64,000 nucleotides of DNA from Catajapyx aquilonaris (lineage: Eukaryota). This document shows, piece after piece, positions 52,945 to 64,000 of the stretch (position 1 is its first letter; each line of letters opens with the position of its first letter). Below the pieces are notes generated by a model, which saw only the letters and a list, made by a program, of their open reading frames with translations, was not told the DNA's origin and made no database searches. The stretch spans positions 1-64,000 of the forward strand of contig JYFJ02000131.1 of NCBI GenBank assembly GCA_000934665.2, given 5' to 3'. Made by a program: the position numbers and the translations under genes.

Positions 52945-55508
52945 CTGGGAAAGGAATTGAGGGACAGACACGTTCCATGCGGGCAGAGAGTGGATGAGAT
53001 GAGAGTAGAAGGTACTAGAGAGAGATTCTCATTTCTATTCTTTTTTTTCCCCCCGTCGTCTTCCTATCCCGACACCAAACACAAGGCCCCGGAAGAGACG
53101 AGCAATCACTTTTCATGACGCCTGCGAACTTCTCATAACCTGGATGGTTCCTATAGCTCTTTTCTCCGGATCTGAATCGATAGCTTCCAACCACAGAAGT
53201 GCAGAATCAACAGTGTGTACTCAGGGCAGCAGGGTCAAGGTGAAGGTTTGTTAAAACAATCAACGGATTTAATTTTCCAAGAAATATACTGAACCATGTG
53301 GTTAGAACTACGCCAGAAATTTCGGAGCAACGACCTCTGGACCAATCAGTTCCGACCATCTTGCGTGCAACTTGGCAGTTATTTTGAAAGCTAAAGTCGC
53401 AGCTACTTGAAGATAAACCCGTAAATAGAATGCACTTGTGAGTCTAGTTCACTACAGGTCATCAGAATGTTTCATTTTAATCAAAACCATTCTATGATGT
53501 AATATGCAAAATAGACAAATCGATATTGCCAAAATCAACCAGGGGACAAGCCTCAATATTCCTTCCAAATTCCTCCCTGATTTAGGCGTCTCCCGAGCAC
53601 AAATTCACTAAAACTGATGACACCGAGCCTATTACGTTACCCTATAGCACTGCCTAAAGACAAGCCAATTACCATTGCAGGGCCCCGCCTGTGACGTCGT
53701 TGAACCATGCAATTTGGTGGGGAAATGAAGAACTGCGGACAAATGACAATCACCACAGTTTGCGAATCTATACCCGCCCATTCCGACTGAAAAGTGCAAA
53801 CAAAAAAATATACCCTCGCGGATTCCTCTCTTTTTTTTTGTACCCATGCACAAACGCTGAAAAGAGCGTGGCTCGACCCTAATTACCCAATATCGACTTT
53901 CCATTAGGCAGCGTTTGACCGACTTCTTCAATCAGCTATACGTATGTAGTTGCAGGGATCCACACACGTGGCGCTTCAGAAACGTAATGTAACAATAATG
54001 AGCAAAAATTCCACTAATATTAGCTAAAAGGCTTATTCTCTCCGTCTGGTGTTTGTCCGATATGATAGTATCGCTATCTCTCGCACAGTGGCAGGAGTAT
54101 GCAGAGGGAGTATGCGCCATCTATGCGTAAAGAATAATACTACGTGGTAAATCGGCGGGCCATCTAATTAAAGTTGATTGTCACTGTCATACTGATTACA
54201 AATTTTGGCAACGGGTTCAATAGTTATTAGTTAATATTCTGCAGCCTCTAAAATTATCAGTTTCAAATATTCGTTTCCCCAAAAAAATAATTCAATTGGA
54301 AGAGAACGTGGCATTCCGGATACGTGTTTGGAGACTTTTGGTCCGTACAGGGTTGTGTTTTCACCGCAAAGTGCAACATCCACCGGAATTCAATTGCCCG
54401 GAACTGTTGATAGAAGCGTTTTCCCTAGATATCGTCAAGGGTTAATCATGCAGAAGTTTCTCGACTTGTTGGGAAATGGTGGGCTTCAGGGGCTGTTTCT
54501 CTGAAGCGGCGGTGTTTTAAACAAAGGGAAGCGGGCACACAATTGGCGAGGGGGAAATTTTCCACATGCAATAGTCACAACATCGGTTGGTGTCACTCCA
54601 AGAATTTTTTGGAGAGGCTGAAGCTGGGCCAACTGCTAGAGAGCTAAAAGTCGAAAATGCAAGGATCGTAACCTTGGCCTTACGCAACAGACACAACCAA
54701 TTGCATTTCTGCATTCAGCTTTGTTGAAAGTTCACACCGAAGCTGATGTTTTCCATTGTGACGCAAAATGCGTTAGTGACAAGCTGTTTATTGCAGGTGA
54801 CGCAAATTTTCCCAGATTGCAATATAATTATTGTTGTTAAGAATGTAAGCCGATTAATATCCGACACATCACGTACAGTAGCTTTCACTGAGTCTGTTTC
54901 ATACTGAAGCAAAGCTACTTACTATAAGCCGTCATAATGATTTTTTTAAAAAACCTATTAGTATTGCGGAGCTGCGTACTCGAAAATAATAATTCGTTTT
55001 AAACAGGCACTTTTCCATCGATCTACGTCAGACCCTTTTTGAATGATTAATATGGGAAGAACTATTAGTCACACAACAATATCGACATTGCAGTCAGGCA
55101 TGACAAGCTACATGAACTGTAATGCACAAAATAATAACTGTATGTGCGCATATAATATTAATAACGCCGAGAATGATATCCACGCCATTTTGCTGAAAGG
55201 TTGAAATAATCTAAAATAATCTCTGCCAATATGAATTTCGCATGAAATTTGCAAGGATCGCATCATACGTTCAGTACATGCTTTTATCATGAGTCATCAC
55301 ATGGTACTTAAAAACAATTTTAAAAAACATGCTTTTATCATCAATTATATGCTGTACGCGACATGTAGCAACAAGCACCTGACTGTCCCATCTATTCTAG
55401 ATGTCGCTGGAATGCCCAGCACAACCCCATTTTAGAAACAAAGTCGAAGTTGATATTTTGCTTGCCAGACCCTATTTTTTAAGCTGGCAAAACTCAGCTG
55501 GCATATAC

Positions 55509-55804
55509 CTCAAACACCTCCTGAACAAGTCGTGTTGCTTCTTCGTTTCAGCGGATCTGACACACTGAATGTTCCTGGACGAAGTGGTGGTGCTTGTGGA
55601 CGTCGAAGAGGACACGACCCTCGACGAAAATTGTACCGTTTTGGTTTGGCACGACGACTCTTCCTCTTTGATGCCCTCCATCATACCCATGACCGAATCG
55701 TGCTCCAGAAAACTCGGCGAACTGTGCGAAACAGTCATCTCTCGCTTCATTTTGGACTGATGCCTCCCAGCCACTATCTGGATCCCAGCACGCTTTGTCT
55801 CCAT
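55509..55804 (-). CDS. PDE4 alternative first coding exon, Ser/Thr-rich (candidate)
   Basis: aaaATGg, 98 codons METKRAGIQ...VVSSSTSTSTTTSSRNIQ...HDLFRRCL, then a phase-2 donor GAG|gtatat (weak to moderate). GC-rich and coding-like. Confidence 0.55.
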
Positions 55805-58215
55805 TTTTGTGAGTATGTGACTCACAAAATTCCGACACTAAAATGTCAAAAACACCTCACTCGCGACAGTACCACGTCGCCTCCACAACCTCAATGGTTC
55901 TAAAGGCCCGTCCAAATTCGAGTCCTGCACCACCCCTCTTTTCACCCCGCTCCCAGTGATATCACCGCCAATGCTGGCAAGGAGGCAAAGTCATCTGAGA
56001 CTCAAAAATAGACCGCGGCTCTGTAGGGTTGCTCAGGCGTTTAGTGATGAAGTGACACGAACGGTTTCGTCTGGGTCGCGAGTCCTGCTATGCTCTCTTG
56101 AATTAATAATAAAACAGGTCCTAACTCTGGCCCTGTTAACATTGCACTTTCACATTTTAAAAAAATGTATATTTCCGGATTATGCATGCACACCCAAACA
56201 TTGCTGGTGTTAGTAAGCACTATCCACAGTGTTTATTTATTAGATATGGGGGATTCAACAGAGTGCAGATCCTGACAGAGTGTTGTTTCGACCAGAGCTA
56301 AAAGTGTGTGGGGGTAACAATTCCTTGCTCGATTATTTAACACCCACGGTTATGCTCCAATAGTCTGCAGTCTGGCGGAGACAATGAAAACTTCGTTCTT
56401 TTTATAAGAGTTGAATTATTGTGCATCGTGCTCTCTTTGTGCGTTTCATTAGCGAGTACTGGCATCTTCCAAGTTCATTAGCAGAGCGCTCAACCCATTA
56501 AGAGATGAGAGAGCACGTAACAGCTTGTTTTCTCCTCAAGCGACTGTCAAGTAACTCACGATCTTTCCGCACGTTTTTAGCGAATTTCTGAAAAATTGCC
56601 TGACAATTATTTTGCACATTTTCATTAGCGAATATTAATAGGATTTTAGACAGTGTGTACAAAGCCGCGCGGCATAAATGATTGGTGTACTCTGCAAATC
56701 CCGTTTAATCATCTTAAGTGTATTAAAACACTATTTATACAAGGCTAATTTTTTACGTTATCATACATGCGCAATAATTACCAGAGGACCGGTAATTTTG
56801 TCAGTGTTGCTTTATGAATACGTAATTGTGACAGCCATTGTACATCGCGTTTAATTAGCTCAATGGCTTCATAAAAGCACTTCTCAATCCCCCCTGCATA
56901 ATACTATAGCCTATGCGTCCATCCCCGTGTTTCAGCATGATTACCTCAAAGGCAATCTGATTACAACCATGCCTCTTTACAACCCGTCACAAATTTTTTA
57001 GATCAATAAAACGTGCGCATTGTAAGGCAGTTAAATCGCCCTGCTTAATTCACCACATGTTTTTACCTCAATGTATTAAGTGTAAGAATAAATTGAATAT
57101 TTTTCACGTCTGAATTTTCAACTGAACGGTGCTCATTTTCCACTTAAAAAATCCGTGTTCAACGGCGTAGAATTTGCATTAAATTTTTCGCAATATTCCT
57201 GTTTGGAAAGTTTCAGGGTATAAAATTGTGTGTAAAAAATTATTGAACAATTATGTCTGTTGTAAGTGTAAAATGCGTCTTATTTTCACATGACAAACAT
57301 TTGCACTTTTTAACAGGGCATTCACCGAAAGCGAACGATACACTGTTTTTAATACAATCGGTAAATATTTTTTTACTACTCACTTTTCCACAATAATACG
57401 CGATATTCAGCACAATAACCTCACATTTGGCTAAACACAACCAGACGCGTCTGGTATGTGACTGAAACAATGCAAAAAAATATATTTACGAACAACTACG
57501 GTGTGAAAACAGTGTCATGCGATTTCCGACCATTTACACCGCGCTAACTCTGGAACGTACCGAATGGATTTCACTTCATTTTGCGAACTTGGTATTCAGA
57601 AAGGAAATTGCGCTTATGCCCTTTTCCATTACCGGAAACGCGGCTCTTTTTCGAACGGAAACCCTTCCCTTTTTTTCATCGCTCTGATGCGATCAGAAAG
57701 TCAAAATTGCGATCAGCGACGGGAGAATCAATTGGGATGAATTATGACCCAATTTTTTTTTTGAGCGAAATCGTTTGAATTGGCAAGGAACCAAGATTTT
57801 GGGGGTTCTGAAGGGATAATAAAGAGCTGCAAGTTTGATTCCGATTCCAGCACACTATACAGGCTAAAAAAACGCAGCGTTCCAATTTTCTTCCGGATCA
57901 ATAGACTTACATGACCCTGCTTTTAGTATTAAGTAAGCTACACGGGTACTTAACGAGTTGGCTAGAACAGCAAATTATGGCCAGACGTGCGTCAGAAATA
58001 TTTAATGAGAGTCATTAACGGTTTGGAGAGCTGTAATAATTAAACATGTCTATCGCAAAAACAGGTGGCGTTTGGCGTGTTTCATGATTAACAACTTCCC
58101 CAGTTAGACGATTTGTTTAAAAAATCATTGGGGAAATTGCAGGGGGGGTGTGAGGATAATAATTTAGAAGCACTGTACCTTACACGACTAGCACATGAAA
58201 TTAAATCACGGGTCG

Positions 58216-58250
58216 ACTTACCTGCAAGGGAGAAATATGAGTAATCAATA
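58216..58250 (-). other. Candidate recursive splice site (ratchet point), junction at 58222|58221
   Basis: The minus strand reads tattgattactcatatttctcccttgCAG|GTAAGT: branch-like TTGAT/CTCAT, pyrimidine tract, about 60 nt without another AG upstream, and a perfect regenerated donor. Confidence 0.7.
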
Positions 58251-61200
58251 TAATCGCATTGTACATAATCAGGCAGGAAAAATTCAGCTGAGTGTAAACA
58301 CAGCAGTACATAGTAATCAACGCGACAGTGTTTCTTTGCTAGTTTGGTGCTCAAAACTTTGCAAAACCATAAATCTGCAGCACAATAACCGATACATTGG
58401 CATTAGCCAGTCGATGGATAAAGGCTCGGTATTTTGTTTTGATGCGCTCTTCCCAGGAAATGCCATCGATTGCACTCATAAACTATAGTGTTGTCTGTAT
58501 TCCGCATACTGCGTCCATGTTTTCTCATCGATTTCCAATGTAAAACTATCTATGTAGAAGGTATACGACTACAATCATGTTGACTTGAAAGTTCAAATAT
58601 CGTGCGCTGCTGCAAGTCGAGTACTTGGCTAGATTGCGCCTGAAGCATCAATGTTGGAGGTTGTTAAATTAACAAATATGAAAGTTTTAATTAGTTATCA
58701 CCGAAATTAAGAAAATGTCAGCAAGAATCTCATTACAATGATCATTATTTCGGAATAGCAGGCAGCACTTCATTATTTTCCTCATTTGCATGTTTGCAAA
58801 AAATTTTGCCGACACATAATGTGAGATAGTGAACAGCATCTGAGCACACACAAAAAAAAACCCGTTCGAAAGTGATATCGATCCTCTCAACTTTTATAGG
58901 CTTCGGAAGCAACAGGCAGCACAATCTTGTAGACAATAATTTTTGTTGAGGCCTCTCGTCTTCTAGTTTCTTGCACCTCACGTAGTTGCGGCATATTGAA
59001 CCCTTCAGGAGATCAGCATCTTTCATGATTACGGAGAGGAAAAAGTAGGGCAAGGAAAGTGTATACCCTCTTTCCCCATACTGGCCCGATCATGCTTTAT
59101 GCTCGCCTCGTGACCAGATAGGAAAATACTGTATACGCTTTTATTGCCTTGGAACGTACCTGATCAACTCGACGCGATCACAGTGATCAAGGTCGGAAAA
59201 TCAGCAATTTTGTAGCGATCGTTACGCGCATTTATATTTCACAGACATGGACAATATCAATCGTAATTTTTCCCCCGATGAACATGCAACATTACTGAGA
59301 ATGTCGCACAGCAAGGCATTACATTCGTCATACATGTAAATATTCTGCACAGTTGCACAATCAAAACCTGACCTATACTACGTACATCACATCGACCGAG
59401 CCCCTCTTTTCACCTGCGTATATGAAGATATATTCGCCCTACATTTTTGGCCCCCAAATTTTACGACCTGAACGATTCGGGTGGCGATATAAGCTGGTAA
59501 TAAGATGCAGAGGTTTGTCACCGAAACGGACTGATTTTTTTCCTCCAATCCCCTTATAAAACACTCCCATCCTCAGCACCACAGACACGAGAATCGCATA
59601 ACCGCTCGAGGGATGTATACCTGCAGCACAATAAATCATTCCGCCTGCCGGGCTATACGATAGAGGTTTATAGTCAGCCTCGATTTATACACTATAGCGA
59701 CTCAAGAGTAGGTCACACCACAGAACTACTATACACACCGAGACATTTTGTCGGTTGCAATTTTGGCTCACACTGTACAGTGTACCTGTTCATATTAATC
59801 TGAGTCATACCGCCGATTATGGAGACCAAACTCTGGAGATAAAAAAGCGAGTGGTTGCCACCACCATCGGTTTGCATGTTGACCAATACGCGGCGGGGGC
59901 TCGAAAAGCGGATATGTATACATCATGCAGTATATCTTCCCAGGAGATAGCTTATGGACTGTTTCATTATGTCAGACCCCGTGAGCCTCCATATCTCCCG
60001 TGCACTGGATTTACAACGAAATGTTTTTTTTTTTCTCCCCACGCTGTTACTTTTTGCTGCCATGTAAAATGGGGCCGGGCTGGATTCCGAAAGGATGAAG
60101 GATAAACACTGCACTAACGACTGAGTTATAAATAATTCAAACTAACTGGCGGATGAATTTTCGTCGGATATGCATTCAGCTAGTCCATTAGAAATATGTA
60201 GCGCACTAGGATTTTGAAAATTACATCCTGAAAACACTGCCCCCATTTTCATAATAACAATGTTGAAAAAAGAATCTAGCTGCTGCAACAGAAAATTTGC
60301 CAACATTTAATGCCTTTGTTTAAAGCTGAAATTCCCAAAATAATATAGTACCTCATGAGTGTACATCCTGACGTGTATGCAACCTGAAACACAGCTTAGA
60401 GTGTTGCCGACTCATCAGGATATCCTCAATCTGAAGCCAGAGTTTGATCTCAAAGAGGAATTCCATTGGGAAGAAGAAAACTGAACTTTCCGACTAATGA
60501 TTTTCCGGCTCGTTGCAAAGATGACGACGGAGTGTGCCTCAAAGTAGGAAGCAATGACGCTCAAGAAACTCTCGAGATTCTCAAAAGCGATGAAGGGGGG
60601 ATTGGATCTGGTGTTGTCGCACACTGTCCTCAGAGATTGTGTCCGTCGAAAAAGAGAGAAAAAAAAGGTTGGCTGCATTCGTGTGGGCTTAGATTCGGGC
60701 CACATTTCCGCTGAATCAAGTCAAACGAGTTCAATTAGTCGTTACTCACCCAAGCTACATGGTTTATCACTTTAATTTCAAAATTTTATTACTCTATAGC
60801 ACCATGCTCTGTCCAGAACTTTTTTTACACATATTTGGCTCTAACTCATAATAAGAAGCATTTAATGTCGGTAATGGCATAGTAATGTTGCCAGATTACC
60901 GGCAGTCGCGTAATAAAAACTAAGAACCGTCCCCAATGGTTGGCTGTGATAATATTACGGCTTTTTTTTGCAGATTAAAAGATGTAGGTGGTCACGTTTT
61001 CTTCGCTTTATGGAAGTACTTTCACGGCGAATATTTTACAGCCATCACCCGAGAAGCTGCATTGTTGATAAGTGTAAGATAGTCTTCATCTTGCCAAAGG
61101 TCATATCTCAGCTTTGCAGATAATTTTGCAATTAACCATGGTTCATTTTCTCATTTTGAATTTAAAAATATTTGTACCCTCACTACATACACTAAAATAG

Positions 61201-62602
61201 GTATATGTAACGGGAATATTAGTCATAGTTCAAAGAAAAATCCATTGTTACATAAATAATTTTAGATATACTCTGCGATTACAATACAACGGCATAATTG
61301 TGCTAAATTGCTCAAGAATATGCAATCTTGTGTTGCTCTAAACGGTAATGTGGGTTGCAAAATGCAGTATATCGTGAAAATTATGTTGCATTAAGTAAAA
61401 TTTGCGCTAAGTAAGTTTGTAAAAGCATGAACTGTTCATGATCACTTACAGCTATAGAACTGCAGTTCAGAGAAATCCTGATGGTATACTACGCTTTAAA
61501 CTTCACAAAAGTTGACGGCTATGGTGCAAGGTTCCAGAGAGGCTGCAAAACACAATCGAACAAAGTGCACTGTACAAACTGGAGAATCCACAAAGACATA
61601 TTGTATAATGCAGTGCAGAGGAGCTCCGTCGCCATTTCTGTAATTAATTCAGTGTTCTGCAACTATAACTTTATTACATAAGACGAGTGGCCTGTAAAAT
61701 CAGGTCCTGGATGCGCCAACATTTACAGCCAGTGGCATGTGGCTGTTAACAGCGTTCAATTTGATCCTCAAATATGTTGTCCATATTTAAAATCTAAATA
61801 TTAACCAGTGCTACGAGCATAATCACCAGGCAAAGGAGGTAAAAACATGAACACGCCATTATTCCATTATTGGCTACTTGCAGCCCACCAAATCACTTCC
61901 ATTGGAACGACAACAGTGCAATGACGTCCACATAAACCCCTTTTTGTGTCACACCGGATTAGCGACACACTGCGAGTTAGCGGCTATATATAATCCGCTC
62001 CAAAAAAAAGGTAGCTCACAAGCATCAATCAAAATGTCAAGGTGATTGATCAAAAAAGAGGTCTGCACCAGTGAAATAAGCGCAAATTTCGCCAATTGCA
62101 GCACCATATTTGAACTGTAAAAATTAATCCCCTTCGGTATATGCGACGGCGGGCGGACAACAAAATGACTGGTACAATTTGCGATCGAACGCAGAGAGAG
62201 AACGCACAAAAAAAGTGTCTATAAAGGATCCGTTTCATGAAAGGTGTACACCACAAAAAAATGAATGAAAGTTTTTGGCAGATGGAAACCTTTGTGATTT
62301 GCTCTCATATTATGGAAACAGACTTCAAAAGGAATTAATAAAGTGGAAATGTCGCTTATGATTGTTCAAAAAAACCTGTGGTAACTAAGCAATTACTTGG
62401 CGGAATAATTACTCTTACTCTATAATGACTGTGTGGCCATTGCGGCCCTTTGCGATTTTTTTTTCCTCTGGTTGTTCCTACAGACGTTATTGGCTTTGTT
62501 GGCGCGCTGTGTTCAAGAGACACTGCATGAAAAAGGTGCGTACAGTGCAGGCATTATGTGTATAAGGCCACTGTTGAAACTAATTTTACGCAAAATTACG
62601 TC

Positions 62603-62614
62603 CACGTGACGTCA
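62603..62614. promoter_or_regulatory. Overlapping E-box and CRE
   Basis: CACGTGACGTCA. Confidence 0.35.
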
Positions 62615-64000
62615 AAGAAACAACAAGTGAATTTACTAACTAATATAAAATGGTTGTGTTCATTTATTATGAACTAGCATATGACTTATTAATTATAAGA
62701 TGGCTTTGGCAGTGAAGAACTTTGTTGGTGGTGGAATGAGGGGGTGTCGAGATATGTGACGGTTCATGACGTAGGAGTTGGGTACCAAAGGAACCCAACT
62801 CAGCGTGAAGTTCTTCGTGGATGCCTCTATATAACCCAGAATTTCATATCGAGGGAGGTGTCTGAATGTGGTTGAAGATAAGCACTCACTAAGAAGCCCA
62901 ACACACCAAACATTTATATCATGTTGATTTCTAGGAAGGGAGAGATGAGTAATTCGAATGAGATAATAAAAACTCAATAGTGTAGTTATAATAATTCATT
63001 AATTGTCCGTATGCAGCACGTGTACACGATAATTTTCTCCTGTTCAGCCTTGGTGTAGTTATTACCTTATCATCGTAAGGCCGTAATCCTGTCAGTATTT
63101 TATGGCATAATTATGCCTATATTTATAAGGATCACTTTTACTTGATTATGGGCTGCAGTTGGCTGCATCAGTTGCTGTAATAAACAATTGCACAAAAACT
63201 GATGCGCAATAATCAACCGTTTTACTAGTTTCTTATACATTAACGAGCTTTTCGCATAACTACACTACTTTTCCAGGCGATAAAAACCCGCAGTCCCAAT
63301 CATAATGAGTATAATGACAGGAAAAATGGCCACTCTTTCATTGCGGTTCCAAAAACTTGCCATTATCTTGACCACTATTCATTCCCAACGTGTCCGATCC
63401 ACTTCTCGCTCCAATACTCTGTCCCGCAGAACAGAATTCGAGCCTCTGTAAAATCATCAATCAATTGTAATGCCCGACTGGACACCCCATTGATTTCTGC
63501 CGCCCCCCTGCTCTGCCGAAAAAAAGGCAAATGAGGCCTAAAGCCAAATATAGATCGGACCTAATCCAACCACATGATGCATATTTAAATGTTTTTAAAT
63601 TGATCGATTAGCAGCTGGATTTAAGTAGGATGGGTGCATATATTTATTACAAAAAAAAGGACAAGCGACTTATTGATTATCTGTCATCGTTGTAGGAAAG
63701 GACTTATTTACCTCCTGGATGATGGAAATCTAGCCTGCCAGCCAGAGAGATTTGCCACGACTTAGCGCCACTCCCGCGCTCTCATGCTTTGCAACCAGCG
63801 CATTTTAATGCTCACCTCTTGAAATATGCATGAAGCACTGCTATGCGCCCAGGGTCAATGAATATTGAACACTCAGGAATGGTTGGGGGTACAGAATTTT
63901 TGGGAACCTTTTTTTTTGGGGGGGGGGGCGGCCCGGAGTAAACAACGAACTTTACGAACTTCTGCTTGTTTGGACATCCGGAGACCAAAGTCTTAAGTCT

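Noticed and set aside
60384..60466. First exon MEFLFEIKLWLQIEDILMSRQHSKLCF in phase 2
   Set aside because: The donor CAG|gttgca is too weak to call without RNA data.
1..64000. Prokaryotic-type systems (CRISPR array, operons), tRNA/rRNA genes, autonomous transposon ORFs, Hox cluster or miR-10
   Set aside because: No regularly spaced repeats, long ORFs, or homeobox, RT or transposase motifs, and no recognisable structural RNA. The sequence is spliceosomal-intron-type animal DNA.

Overview
Metazoan, mostly intronic DNA (about 42% GC by eye) with no long ORFs. The window lies inside the 5' region of one minus-strand gene, a cAMP-specific phosphodiesterase 4 (PDE4/dunce). The anchor is a 180-nt phase-2/phase-2 exon at 15256-15435 encoding [15 protein letters not shown]...[30 protein letters not shown], the start of UCR1 with the PKA site. 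Its sequence looks closer to invertebrate PDE4 (dunce, mollusc-type) than to vertebrate PDE4, but the species cannot be named. Around this exon are about a dozen short ATG-to-splice-donor segments ending in the phase needed to join it, so they are candidate alternative N-terminal exons. About ten lie upstream (long isoforms, one with a GC donor) and three lie downstream (isoforms that would lack the PKA site). The most notable signal is two sense-strand acceptor+donor fusions (pyrimidine tract-CAG|GTAAGT) at 44367 and 58221, which look like recursive splice sites with cryptic RS-exons. Also present are three MITE-like insertions near 43.3-45.0 kb, a cluster of CTCF-like motifs, four perfect CRE palindromes and a 5-N assembly gap. 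The next UCR1 exon and the catalytic exons were not found and presumably lie beyond position 1. Every exon except the UCR1 exon is predicted from signals alone and needs RNA evidence.
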